A stretch of DNA of 64,000 bases from Octopus bimaculoides (Eukaryota), in contig NC_068983.1 in the NCBI RefSeq assembly GCF_001194135.2, positions 28,544,729-28,608,728 on the forward strand, read 5' to 3'. The notes beneath the pieces were generated by a model, which was given only the letters and a program-made list of their open reading frames with translations, searched no databases and was not told where the DNA came from. Shown piece after piece: positions 50,228 through 62,149 of the stretch. The first letter of the stretch is position 1, and each line of letters starts with the position of its first letter. A program made the position numbers and the translations under genes.

Positions 50228-52009
50228 NNNNNNNNNNAGAGAGAGAGGTAATCCTTTATTAATTCTCATGACAGAGAGAGAGAGAGAGAGAGAGGGAGAG
50301 AGGTAATCCTTTATTAATTCTCATGACAGATGATTGATTTCCATCCACTAGCCTGCATCCCAAGTGGTAACACACCATTTTTCTATAGGCAACAAATTGA
50401 TAGAATCATTACTGCATCTGTTAGAATACCTTGTGGCATTTGTTCTGGTTTTCTGCACTCTAATTTGAAATTCTAAGGAGATCAATTTTACCTTTCACCC
50501 TTCCAGAGTTGATAAATACAGTACAGGACCAGTCAAATACTGAGGTTGATTTTTCTTTCTCTTTTGAATCTGCTATGATGTAGAATATGTAACTTCACAG
50601 AGCCAGTGACCTTACTGTAAAACCACCCAAGAAACTTTTGATAAGAGGTCAGCTAAATCTGCAATGTATATCGTCCTAGATGCTCCAATGGATCAAGACT
50701 GAAAGGGCTAAAAGGGTGCCTTTGCTCATAACTGCAGGGATACATAAAATATTTAATAAAAGCATGGGGACCTGATAATCACTCTTAATTTCATGTGCTG
50801 GCTGTAGTTAGATAGTCTAACTACTCTGGGTGACGCTGCCATACAGTTTTTATCAATCTTATTCACACATAATCCATTGGTCAGCCTGGTTACAGGAGCC
50901 ACTCTGTGGGACTGAACCTGAAACCATGTGGTCGTAAAGCAAACTTCTTAACCACACAGCCATGCCTGCGCCAGTGGAGATAGAGTTGTTTTGTTTCATT
51001 TTGTTTTATGTTTTAGTCATCAGTTACAGTGCCCTTGACCCTTATTAAGGCCCCTGAGACTGATAGCTTGAAAGGAAAGAAGCTATGGTCAGAATGGAGA
51101 CCTGGTCTGAATTTTGTTGCAGGGGAGACCATATTATAAGTTACTCAAGGAGATAAGATACTATGAATTTGATGATCCCTAATTGAAGCAGATATATGAC
51201 CAAAGCTGTTTCAGCTATGATCATCCCATCTTACTTGTCTATGACTACAAAAGCCAATCCAGCTTTCCTTTTTTTCAAATGGTAGGATGTGAAGAATTTT
51301 GATTGTTATTTCTAGGAAGTTGAGAAAACATGTAGATGCATTCCTTCTCATATTTCATACTCTTAAAATTTACAGTATGCATTTGTTGTTGTAGATTTTT
51401 GGCCCTAGGTCCAGCCAGACCTGGGGCCATTTCAGTCAACACTATCTTGTCTGTTAGGCTTATCATGGAATACATCAACTAATGTGTTCGTTCATCCTTT
51501 GCTTATTTAATAGAGTAATGTGTGATTTGAGAGAGATTTGGCTGCTGTTTCTGATAAACTGAATAACAACATACAGTCTCCTTTAAGGGCTCATAAAGAG
51601 GGAAGAATTTAGGGATAGTAATGTCAAGGAATACAGGGAATTGAAGTAGCTTATGATAATGAGGAATAATTTGATTTACAATATCTAATGATAGAACATA
51701 TTGCAAAAAAATAGCAATTTCAAAGAGCTACTCCAACCAAAGAATTTATTATAAATGGATGCAAAGCATAAATAATGAGAATATTCTATTATTTTGCAGA
51801 TTTATTGGAAGTTAAGTGTTTGTTTGTTTGTTGTTTTTTTTTTTAGATATTTATCTTTCCTATGAAAATAAAGCAAGTTATTATGCTTATCTGAAAGATA
51901 TATTGATTTTTAGAATATAAATTTTTAAAAAAGGGTGGGGAGACATCAATTTTAGTTCCCTTGCTTCAAATGTTACAATTGCATCTCAGATTCCAATCTT
52001 ATGTTGATT

Positions 52010-52180
52010 TCTTTCTGAAACTAAGACAAGCAAGTTTCAAAGCAATGGAAGTAAGCAGCTAGAGTTTTATGGGGTGTTTTGTCTGTAAAGCTCTGACTAG
52101 GCTTGGAATTATTGGTGCAGCAGAGAGCAAGGTTATAAATTCCATCACTGAGGTTGCAGAGAAGGCTAATAGGTGGCTTT

Positions 52181-52216
<36 letters not shown>

Positions 52217-52220
52217 AAAA
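52010..52220 (+). mobile_element. HERO/NeSL-like non-LTR retrotransposon extreme 3' fragment with a poly(A) run
   Basis: AMEVSS*SFMGCFVCKALTRLGIIGAAESKVINSITEVAEKANRWL resembles the IEVGCRGF....LG......I...AE.ASRWLW REL C-terminus; followed by more than 40 A. Confidence 0.65.
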
Positions 52221-52254
52221 AGAGGGTAGACCAGTGTTTTGCTACAACTGAAAT

Positions 52255-52495
52255 AGTAGAGTCATATGGCTTAGTGGTTAGGATGTTGGACTCACGATTG
52301 TAAGATTGCAGTTTCAATTCCTGGACTGGGTGATGCATTGTGTTCTTGAGGAAAACACTTCATTTCATGTTGCTCCAGTCTACTTAGCTGACAAAAATGA
52401 GTACTCCTGTGATAGACTGGCATCCCATCTAGGTGGGGAATTTATACACCATGGAAACCACAAAACCAGCCCTTATGAGTCACCATGACTCAAGA
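52255..52495 (+). mobile_element. SINE family C variant with an alternative tail
   Basis: ggcttagtggttaggatg..gtttcaattcctggac..gctccagtctacttagctgacaaaaatgagta..catctaggtggggaa. Confidence 0.8.
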
Positions 52496-52554
52496 AAGTA
52501 ACTTCCTTCACTTTTTTACTACTGAGGTTTAAATCTTTTTCTTTTCTCTTTACC

Positions 52555-52990
52555 TTTTCACTTACTTCAGTCATTAGACTGCAGCCATGCTGGAGCACCA
52601 CCCTGAAGAACTATTTTTTGTCAAATCAATCAACTCCAGTACTTCTTTTTTTTAAACTGGAATTTATTTTATTGATCTCTTTTGCCAAACTTCTAAGTTA
52701 CAGGGACATAAACAGACCAGCACCAGTTGTCATCAGTGGTGGGGGACAAACGCATACACACACACACATTCACACACACACACATCCACACAAACTCACA
52801 GACATATATACACACATCGATATAATGGGCTTCTTTCAGTTTCTGTCTACCAAGTTCACTCACAAGGCTTTGGTTGCCCTGAGGCTATAATAGAAGACAT
52901 TTGCCCAAGGTGCTACACAGTGGGACTGAACTTAGAACCATGTGGTTGGGAAGCAAACTTCTTATCACGCAGCCATGCCTGTGCCTACAT
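52555..52990 (-). mobile_element. SINE family B, older copy
   Basis: ttcagtcattagactgcagccatgctggagc..gggcttctttcag..gcagccatgcc. Confidence 0.8.
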
Positions 52991-53008
52991 ATAAATATNN
53001 NNNNNNNN

Positions 53009-53044
<36 letters not shown>

Positions 53045-54078
53045 CATAGGCACACACACACACATATATATATTTGCTTCTCAGATGTAATACCCTCTTG
53101 TAAACACAGATTCTGCTCAACATTTGCCCATTTTATTAAATCAATGTAGCTCCCTAACTATGGTTATCCTTAATTATGGATTAAATCTAAGGTACACCTA
53201 GACTGACCTAGCAACTTACCCCCACCACTAACTCCACCCTTTTTACTAAATCATTCCCCCACATGATTAACTTTGCACATTCCTCTTACCCATCACATCC
53301 CATCTCCCTTAAAGCCTCTCCAACCTTGCATGGCAAGTGTGAAAGGACAGTAAGAGAATAAAACTGCATAATACTATAAGCTGAATATTTATAACAGAAC
53401 TTAAATACAACAATTTATTGATTCGATTCTGGTGTCATGTAAAACTAATTGCATGTATCATCAATAAATATTTATGTACAATATGTACAAACACGCACTA
53501 AAAATATTTTATTTTATTGATTAGCATATCTGAGCTGTCAATAATGATGGAGGCATTATTGAAATATGTACATGAGAAAAGTTGCTAATGAGAGTATGAG
53601 GGTTTCAATAAAATTACCAAAATATATAAAAGCTAGGAAAATAAGAAAATTATATTTATCACTCCCCAAATATTTTACAGGTTTGATTACATTTTTATAT
53701 GTACAGTATGTTGTAGCTGGCGATTCACTTGTTATTATACATTATATTATTTTCTACAATAAATGCTCTAACTAATTTTACAAATGTTGTACATGTACAT
53801 GTTTTGAAATCTACCAAAACATATGCATATTTACAGATGGATACATGACCTTACAAACAGGTTGCATATGTTTTCTAAAAACTTTTAAGGAACAGCAGGT
53901 TTAGCTTATTAAAGCTGTGCATTTACAACATATTTGACACATTTTGTGCAAAAGCTACAAATGAATATCAGAAGCATTATCGTTCACATTCAACTGCAAA
54001 AGTTCCTGAAGAACAATCGTTTTTGGTGTTCTTAAACTTCAATCTAGAATTTCAAATTATTAGTGTTTTTTGTTCAGC

Positions 54079-54319
54079 ATAACCCTTTAGCATTTAAACC
54101 GGTCATATCCAGTCCAAAATATTCTATCTCTTCCATGTTTAAACTGGCCACATGTTCCATGTTTAAACTAGCCTTTCACACCTACATGACAATGTCATTC
54201 AAAACATTAACAATTGCATCATTGAAATCTCAAGGCTATGAGATAATACGTGCTTAATTCAAAACTATATGAATAAATAGGTCACATTTGACAGAATAAT
54301 CTGATTGCTAAAGGGTTAA
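54079..54319. mobile_element. piggyBac-type MITE (copy 3)
   Basis: ataa-CCCTTTAGCA ... TGCTAAAGGG-TTAA. Confidence 0.85.
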
Positions 54320-54329
54320 CCATGTGTAG

Positions 54330-54655
54330 TGAATGCATGTGGCTTAGCGGTTAGGGTATTCGGCTGTTGATTGTAAGGCCATGAGTTCAATTCCAGGCAA
54401 TATATTGTGTCCTTGAGCAAGACACTTTATTTCACATTACTCCAGTTCACTCAGCTGGTAAAAGTAAGCTGTACCTGTAATTCAAAGAGCCAGCCTTGTC
54501 ACATTCTGCCTCACGTTGGACCTCCCTCAGAACTACGCTAAGGGTACATATGTTTGTGGAGTTCTCAGCCATTTGCACATTAATTTCATGAGCCAGGCTG
54601 TTCCATTGATCGAATCAACTGGAACCCTTGTCACAGTAACTTACAGAGTGCCAGA
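54330..54655 (+). mobile_element. SINE family C (with A-type tail)
   Basis: ggcttagcggttagggtattcggc..gagttcaattccagg..gtccttgagcaagacact..ggaaccct..gagtgcca. Confidence 0.85.
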
Positions 54656-54778
54656 TTTTTTAAATCATGCGTAACATCCATATTGTGAGGAGTTATCTAA
54701 AGTTAAGCATGAGATAGCAAATTACTAGATTGGCAAGTTATTTCGTGGATTTATTCTGGTCACCATTTTGAAAAAGTA

Positions 54779-55212
54779 AGGAATGGCTGTGTGGTAAGTA
54801 GCTTGCTTACCAACCACATGGTTCAGGGTTCACTCCCACTGCATGACACCTTGCGCAAGTGCCTTCTACTATAGCCTCCGGCCGACCAAAGCCTTGCGAG
54901 TGGATTTGGTAGACAGAAACTGAAAGAAGCCCGTCGTATATATATATAAATATATATAGATATATATATAGATATGTATGTGTGTGTATATGTTTGTGTG
55001 TCTGTGTTTGTCTCCCCAACTTCGCTTGACAACCGATGCTGGTGCGTTTACGTCCCCATAACTTAGCGGTTCGGCAAAAAGAGATCGATAAAATAAGCAC
55101 TAGGCTTACAAAGAATAAGTCCTCGGGTAGATTTGCTCGACTAAAGGCGGTGCCCCAGCATGGCCACAGTCAAATGACTGAAACAAGTAAAAGAGTAAAA
55201 GAGTAAAAGAGT
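54779..55212 (+). mobile_element. SINE family B, full length, with (GTAAAAGA)3 tail
   Basis: Complete head, internal TA/TG tract and tandem octamer tail. Confidence 0.9.
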
Positions 55213-55678
55213 CCGTTAAGCTCAGACTACAATAATGAGGAAGAAATCTCCTATAAATGTTGCAATGCACAACAAATCAGCAGAACTTATAGATAGTAAA
55301 ACATTAGTTAAGCATTATGTGACAAAGAAGACAACAGAATGAAATTTCAAGTTAAAAATAATAAACAGAGACACTATTAAGCAACAAAGCAGAGACACAG
55401 TTGGATAATTTAGAAAACATCAAACTATTGCACACATTAAGCATTCTGAGATGAGGAATACAGCAGAATGAACTTTCAAATACAAAAAATAAACAGATTG
55501 ACTCCAACTTGTATTGAATAATTTAGAAAAGAAATCTTATAAAATGAAACAAATTCAACAGCTTCAACCACTTAAGTGTTACTCACCAAAAAAAAGGACA
55601 TACAGAAAGACATGTAGTCAAAACTGATGCTTTTACTAAAGGGAAAATGTCAAAATATGACGCTTATTTATTTATTGC

Positions 55679-55714
<36 letters not shown>

Positions 55715-55715
<1 letters not shown>

Positions 55716-55891
55716 TTTCTGGTGGCCAACTGGCAGAATCATTAGTAGGCCAAAGAAAATAATGCCAAGGTTGACTTTGCCTTTCATCCTTTTGGGGTTG
55801 ATAAATTAAGTACTCAGTGAAACACTGGGGTCAACATAATTGACTAGTCCCCTCCCACCAAATTTGAGGCCATGTGTCTCCAGTAGAAAAG

Positions 55892-55941
<50 letters not shown>

Positions 55942-56430
55942 CATTATTATTATTATTATCATCATCATTATTATTGAGGCAGCTAGCTGGTAGAATCATT
56001 AGTATGCCAGGTAAAATGCTGAGCATCATTTCGTCCATCTTTATATTCTGAGTTCAAATTTTGCTGAGGTTGACTTTGCCTTTTATCCTTTATGGTTGAT
56101 AAAATAAGTACCATGGGGTCAATGTAATTGGCTATACCCTTCCCACAAATTTCAGGCCTTGTGCCTTTAGTAGAAAGGATTATCATTATTATTATCTCTT
56201 TTTAAAAAGCATAACAGGAAATGAATTGGCAGAGTCATTAGAGTGTTGGATAAAATACTCCTTGTATATTTCTTTCAAACTTTCTATGTTCTGAGATCAA
56301 ATCTCACCATGGTCAACTTCACTGTTTATTCTTTCATAATCAATAAAAGAGTGTCAATGAATTGGTAGAACTGCAAGAATGTCTTCTGGTACTTGTTCTA
56401 GCACTTTGTGTTCTGAGTTACAATATCATT
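55715..56430 (+). mobile_element. Array of SINE D copies separated by (ATT)n
   Basis: ctggcagaatcattag..gagttcaaatt..gactttgcctttcatcc..agtagaaaggattatt units at about 55720 and 55975, and degenerate at about 56220 and 56360. Confidence 0.8.
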
Positions 56431-57920
56431 ATGGCTTACTTGAGTGGTAGACCTAATCTGTCACTCAATTTAACATCAGTACCTACAGCCTGGATGCTTT
56501 TAACAGAAACTTCTCTATTGCAAGCATTCAGACTAAGTCTTTTATTAGAGAATAGCTTTCCGCATTCCAACCAATAATCTCAGAGGGTTATGAGCAATGT
56601 TTTTCTTTTGACTAAAAAGATTAAAAAAAAAAAAAAACATAAACATCGCATTGTAGATGCTACCAAAAATTGAATCAAAGCTGTAAAATGAGTCCACTAA
56701 GATTTTATACTGCCACACTTAAAAGTTACTTTTATAGAAAATATTAACAAACGTTATCTAAGTTACTTTTATAGAAAATATTAACAAATGGTATCTATTA
56801 AGATCCATTGGCAGTCTATTTTATTTTGAAGTTATTAGGATTCATGTACTGCAAAAATCTGATTTTTGCACAGACTTTACAATAAATCAATAATTTAAGT
56901 TTTAGAATGGTTTCATCAGTAATGCAAGCAAAACTTCACAGCATTTTAAATGTTCTGCATAAGACACTTTAATAATATTAGAAGAACAATCTAATATTGA
57001 AGTTTAATTCACTTCTAAAAATTTGCTTTTTGGCTTCTTTTAATGGCAGACAGAATCAGAAAATAACAACTGTAACTATTATCTAAACACATACAAGGAA
57101 ACTGTGGAATAAAAAAGGATATATTCAAAAGACATTCTCATTAATTTAGCCATAAAATAAGATAATCTTTTAATGAAAATTTTTCTGAATAGGAAAGTTA
57201 AGAAGTTTATCTGGAAATTGGTTTCTTTTCATTTCTTTTCAATTTCTCTTTTTTTATCATTATGTACACAGGCATCATGATGGCAGGGATACACACAAAA
57301 TTGATGAATTAATTCAGTAGTAAAATAAAGAATCAGATCTGAGTAGTAAGAATAAAGGCAAAGATGCTAGGATGGAGGTGGTGATACTTCAGATGTTGAC
57401 TTTGTTCATGGTAAGGACTAATTCATCATCAAACACAAATTCTTGAAATAATGTAACTTCAAGTCAGACAAGATTAAGTGGAATTTCGTTGAGCCAAAGT
57501 AAACTTGGGATACAGAGGAATATTGGACACAAATAAATTCGAAATATGTTCATGTGACACATTTTTATAAAAACATACAGTAAAGGCATTTAAGTGACAT
57601 ACTGTAAAGTCCATGTGACATCTTTTCATTGAAATAGATATAGATGTAGACATTGCTGTGTGGTTAAAAAGATCACCTCTGAACTATATGGTTTGTGGTT
57701 CACTTCCACTGCATGGGTATTGTTAGTTAAGTCCTCTAGCTAGTAGAGGATTTAGCTAACATTTGTTCTGAGCTCAAGTTAATGAATACCTTTGAATATA
57801 GCTGGTAGTAAGAGACTGGAAGAAGTTCATTATATATGCATGTGTGTGGAGGTGACTGAGTGTATATCTCCTGTCTTAACACGTGCACACTGACTGTAAA
57901 CAAAGTATTGCTTTTCATAC

Positions 57921-58044
57921 AAATAATGTCAGTTGTTACAAATCTCTGAAACAGCATGTGCAGTTTGTTCACTGTTTGATAGACTAAGGAAAATACTACC
58001 ATGCTTGGAAATATATGAAGGTTAACAACAGGAAGAGTATCTGA
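57921..58044 (-). CDS. Weak candidate 124-nt exon (phase 0-1 SDTLPVVNLHIFPSMVVFSLVYQTVNKLHMLFQRFVTTDII)
   Basis: gatctttttttacag|TCAG...ATTATTT|gtatga; open throughout and phase-compatible with 45026-45090, but could be chance. Confidence 0.2.
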
Positions 58045-58795
58045 CTGTAAAAAAAAGATCTCTTCAACAAAACCTCATCAGATCTATGCAAGTATGGGAC
58101 ATTAGAATGATGAGGATGAGGTAATATTTGTTTCAAAAAAATGCTGGATGAATAGATGATGTAAGTCCAAGTTAATGTGGCAAACTGGACAGAATCATTT
58201 GTGTGCTGAAGAGAATGCATCACAGCATTTGTTTGGAGTTCAAATCCTACCAAAATCAACTTTGCATCTCAGAATCAGTAAAAGTATCAGTTCAGGGCTT
58301 TGGATTAATGGACTTGTTAGGACATTAAATAAGCTGCTTTGTGGTATTTGTTAGAGCTCTGTGCATTCTGCCTCATCACAGAAAAACAATGAAATTTTAT
58401 CAGTATGCACCACCCAACAGATAGTATTACAGTTTGAAAAATGAGTTGAAGCATAGTTTACTTAGTTTAATGAGATCAACTAATGATTAGTCAGCTAATT
58501 AACTAATACCACCNNNNNNNNNNNNNNNNNNNNNNNNNNNNNNNNNNNNNNNNNNNNNNNNNNNNNNNNNNNNNNNNNNNNNNNNNNNNNNNNNNNNNNN
58601 NNNNNNNNNNNNNNNNNNNNNNNNNNNNNNNNNNNNNNNNNNNNNNNNNNNNNNNNNNNNNNNNNNNNNNNNNNNNNNNNNNNNNNNNNNNNNNNNNNNN
58701 NNNNNNNNNNNNNNNNNNNNNNNNNNNNNNNNNNNNNNNNNNNNNNNNNNNNNNNNNNNNNNNNNNNNNNNNNNNNNNNNNNNNNNNNNNNNNNN

Positions 58796-59017
58796 GGGAC
58801 GCCAGTCCATCGCAGCATTACTCAAGAAACAGAAAGAAAGAGTGTGAGAAAGTTGGGGCAAAAGAGTACAAACAGGGGTCGCCACCACGCCCTGCCAGAG
58901 CCTCATAGAGCTTAGGTGTTTTCATTCAACAAACACTCACAAAGCCCGGTCTGGGAATCAAAACCACTATCCTCCGACCGCGAGTCTGCTGCCCTAACCA
59001 CTGGGCCATTGCACCTG
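58796..59017 (-). mobile_element. SINE family A, 5' part (rest in the gap)
   Basis: gtgtgagaaagtt..cgcgagtctgctgccctaaccactgggccattgcacc. Confidence 0.85.
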
Positions 59018-59448
59018 CACATGTTGGTATATGGGTGTGAATAAAACATATCTTTTAAGCTTGTTCTAATTAGACATAAGGATATATTACATATGACTAC
59101 ATCTCGATGACAATATTCAAAATTAGATGCTATCACATTTCAAAGAACAACATACTTCTCCTATAATTATCTTATAATCACAATTTATGTAAAATAATGT
59201 CATTTGTCACAAGATTCCAATGAAACAGCCAGTGGATCATTACATTTCTGAAGTCAAGTGCCTCAAAGGAGTGCCTGTGAATTAATTTAGAACAAATACT
59301 GTAAATGTCATGTGCAAGAAGCACTTTTTTCCCCCTCAGTTTTATTAGCAATACTTACATCTTTATGCCAATGCATATTGGCAAAATACACACACACACA
59401 TGCATACATGTGATTGTGAACACACACACACATGCATACATGCAATTG

Positions 59449-59479
<31 letters not shown>

Positions 59480-59485
<6 letters not shown>

Positions 59486-59894
59486 CGTTTCTTTCATTTG
59501 TTGCAGGCATTAAACTGTGGCCATACTGGGACACTGCCCTGAAGGGTTTAATCAAACAAATCCACTGCAGTACTTGTTTTTTAAGCCTGTACTTATTCCA
59601 TAGGTCTCTTTTGCTGAACCACTAGGTTATGGAGTTGTAAACAAACCAACATCGGTTTTCAAACAGTGGTAGGGGACAAACAAAAACACAATGACATACA
59701 CACACACAAATATATATATATATATACATATTCAACGGGCTTCTTTCAGTTGCCATCCAACAAATCTACTTGCAACACTTTGGTCAACCTGGGGCTATAG
59801 GTGAAGACATTCACTGAAGGTCCTGTGCAGTGGGACTGAACCCAAAACCATGTGACAGGGAAAGCAAACTTCTTACCATAAACTCATGCCTGCA
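59480..59894 (-). mobile_element. SINE family B, older copy
   Basis: gtggccatactgggacactgcc..ggggacaaac..gggcttctttcagt..gggactgaaccc. Confidence 0.8.
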
Positions 59895-60413
59895 CTTTTT
59901 ATAAAGCCAGTGTAAGTTATAAGAAATTATACTTTCTATTATAGTCACAAGGCCTGGAATTTGTGGGGAGGGGTATAGTCAATCACATTGACTCCTGTCC
60001 TTGACTGGTACTTATTTTATCAACTGCAAAAAGATAAAAGGTAAAGCTGACCGCAGTGGAATTTGAACTCAGAACATAAAGACAAACAAAATGCCACTAA
60101 GCGTTTTGCCAAGTGTGCTAATGATTCTGCCAGCTCACCACTATAAGTTATAAGAAATAATACAAGTTGACAGTTTGTACTTTTACTTTGCATTTCAATA
60201 TTTCAGTGTCAAGACCCTTTCTTCAGGAAATATTTGGAGTAATGGTGTTGTGAGCTGACATATCTGTGATGTTGTGTGTCAGTTCATGACACGCGTTACG
60301 CCAAAAATTTCTTAAAGAAGGGATCCTAACCCTGAAATACTGAAATACAAGGTAAAAGTAAAAACAACTTGTATAATTGCTTATAACTTGCATTGTTTTG
60401 CCTTTATAAAAAG
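59895..60413. mobile_element. Fold-back (palindromic) element with a hammerhead-like motif in each arm, Penelope-like; left arm interrupted by SINE D
   Basis: Arms 59895-59932 plus 60164-60263 versus 60274-60413, loop 60264-60273. Motifs: CCTGAAGAAAGGGTCTTGACACTGAAATATTGAAATG (minus) and CTTAAAGAAGGGATCCTAACCCTGAAATACTGAAATA (plus). Confidence 0.7.
59933..60143 (-). mobile_element. SINE family D with a 20-bp TSD
   Basis: TSD TAAGTTATAAGAAAT[T/A]ATAC at 59913-59932 and 60144-60163. Confidence 0.85.
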
Positions 60414-60524
60414 AAAAAAAATCATAAACATTTATATATATATAAATATATATATATATATCAGAAAATACTTGATGCAACAGAAACACACATATATACA
60501 TATATATATGTATATATATGTGTG

Positions 60525-60720
60525 TGTGGCACATAAGATGCACCATTCGAGCGTGACCATTACCAGCATCGCCTTACTTGTGCTGGTGGCACGTGAAAAA
60601 CAACATTCGAGTGAGAGCGTTGTCAGTGCGGCTAGACTAGTTCCTGTGCAGATGACACGTAAAAACGCCATTTGAGTGTGACCATTGTCAGTACCACCTG
60701 ACTGGCCCTCGTGCCAGTGT
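60525..60720 (+). repeat. Three ~60-bp subrepeats of the SINE E 5' region
   Basis: Repeated gtggcacgtaaaa..ccattcgagcgtgaccattgccag units. Confidence 0.7.
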
Positions 60721-61422
60721 TTTTATGTCCACTACCTGCACCCAACTACATAGGTGCCAAAAACAATTAACCAGTGGTAGAGCATCAGACAGAAAAGGGC
60801 TTGTAGTATTTAGTTATGATCCTTAACCATGTAAGCTCAAATCTTGCCCAGACTTACTTTGCATTTCACTCTTCCATGTGTGATAAAATAATTACATGAA
60901 TATGTAATTGGCTACCAACCAGCATATCCATGATCTAGTAACCAAAACCTTCAAAAGAATAAAAAACAAAAGAATATTTAAACACATTTCCATAACGACA
61001 GCCAGTTTATGCTGGAATCTACAGTAGTCTCTATGCTAACGTTTCTTAGATGGCATTAGATGTAATGTCTCTGATTTTCCTTGGACACTAATATGGTTCT
61101 TTGTCTATAATGGAAAGTTTTTCCTGTAGTCTGATGTAATTTCCATTTCTACACAATCGTTGTTCTACTATTCATGTTGTTTTTGCTTCTCTTTTGATTA
61201 CATCTTTCTGATGCTCTCCTGTACTGAACTTAATGAGAACTGTAGCCATAGAAAACAGAAAAACAGAAGTAGGAACTAATAGTGCAGAAAACCCAAACTA
61301 GTCAAGCAAAATCTAATTTCAAACGTATACATGTGTATTTACGATGTCGAGAATGACTTAGCAGTTTGTATTTTTCTTTTTATCCAATACATTTTATCAT
61401 TTCATTTTATCTCCTGCTGCAG

Positions 61423-61446
61423 ACAAATGGTGTTAAAACCTGTAAG
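61423..61446 (+). other. Candidate 24-nt plus-strand exon
   Basis: ttcattttatctcctgctgcag|ACAAATGGTGTTAAAACCTGTAAG|gtaaga; strong signals, isolated. Confidence 0.25.
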
Positions 61447-62149
61447 GTAAGACCCAACCAACTCTTTAGTCTTTTATATAACTTTTCTGTGAAAATTAAT
61501 GAATTAGAGATTATGGTTCTTTGTAGTTCAGGAATTATAGGCTGATTAAGAATTCTACTCAAATACTTGTCCAGTATATTTTTTTTCTTTCAATTTTTTT
61601 TGTGCATGAAAATGATCAATACAATTGTCTCTGAGGTGCTTTGGCAGCTTACAATAAAGTTTGACTTCGGTGGATGTAATCAATATTATCAATGCTGAGA
61701 TTCTTTGATAGCGCAGTGTAAACTCTGATTTTTATTTTACACTGCATCAGTAGTTTGGTAGGTTAAATACATGTACACACACACTCACACACACACATAT
61801 ATATCTACAAACTCACACACATATACATATGCACACTTAGATTTAGCAAGTAAATTAATGGAAATTTAGGGAGAAAGAAATAACTTTCTAAATACAGAAT
61901 TTAATAGCTATATCTCTTCCCAGAAAGTTCTGGAGGGTTAGTATGTATAATCCTTAATACTTCTAAAATACCTACACCAACTCTTTACCACTAACTGTTC
62001 TCAAATTAAAATGTGTTGTATGTACTCATAACTGTAGGATACACTAGAAATTGAAGACAGTTTCTTACGAAGGAATTTTGCAATGGTTTTAGTATTATCT
62101 GCTTTCTTTAATGTAATTTTTTTTTAGAAAAATCTATTTGATTTATAGG

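Noticed and set aside
50238-50330. Duplicated gtaatcctttattaattctcatgacaga segment
   Set aside because: Exact duplicate next to an N gap within (GA)n; probably an assembly artefact.
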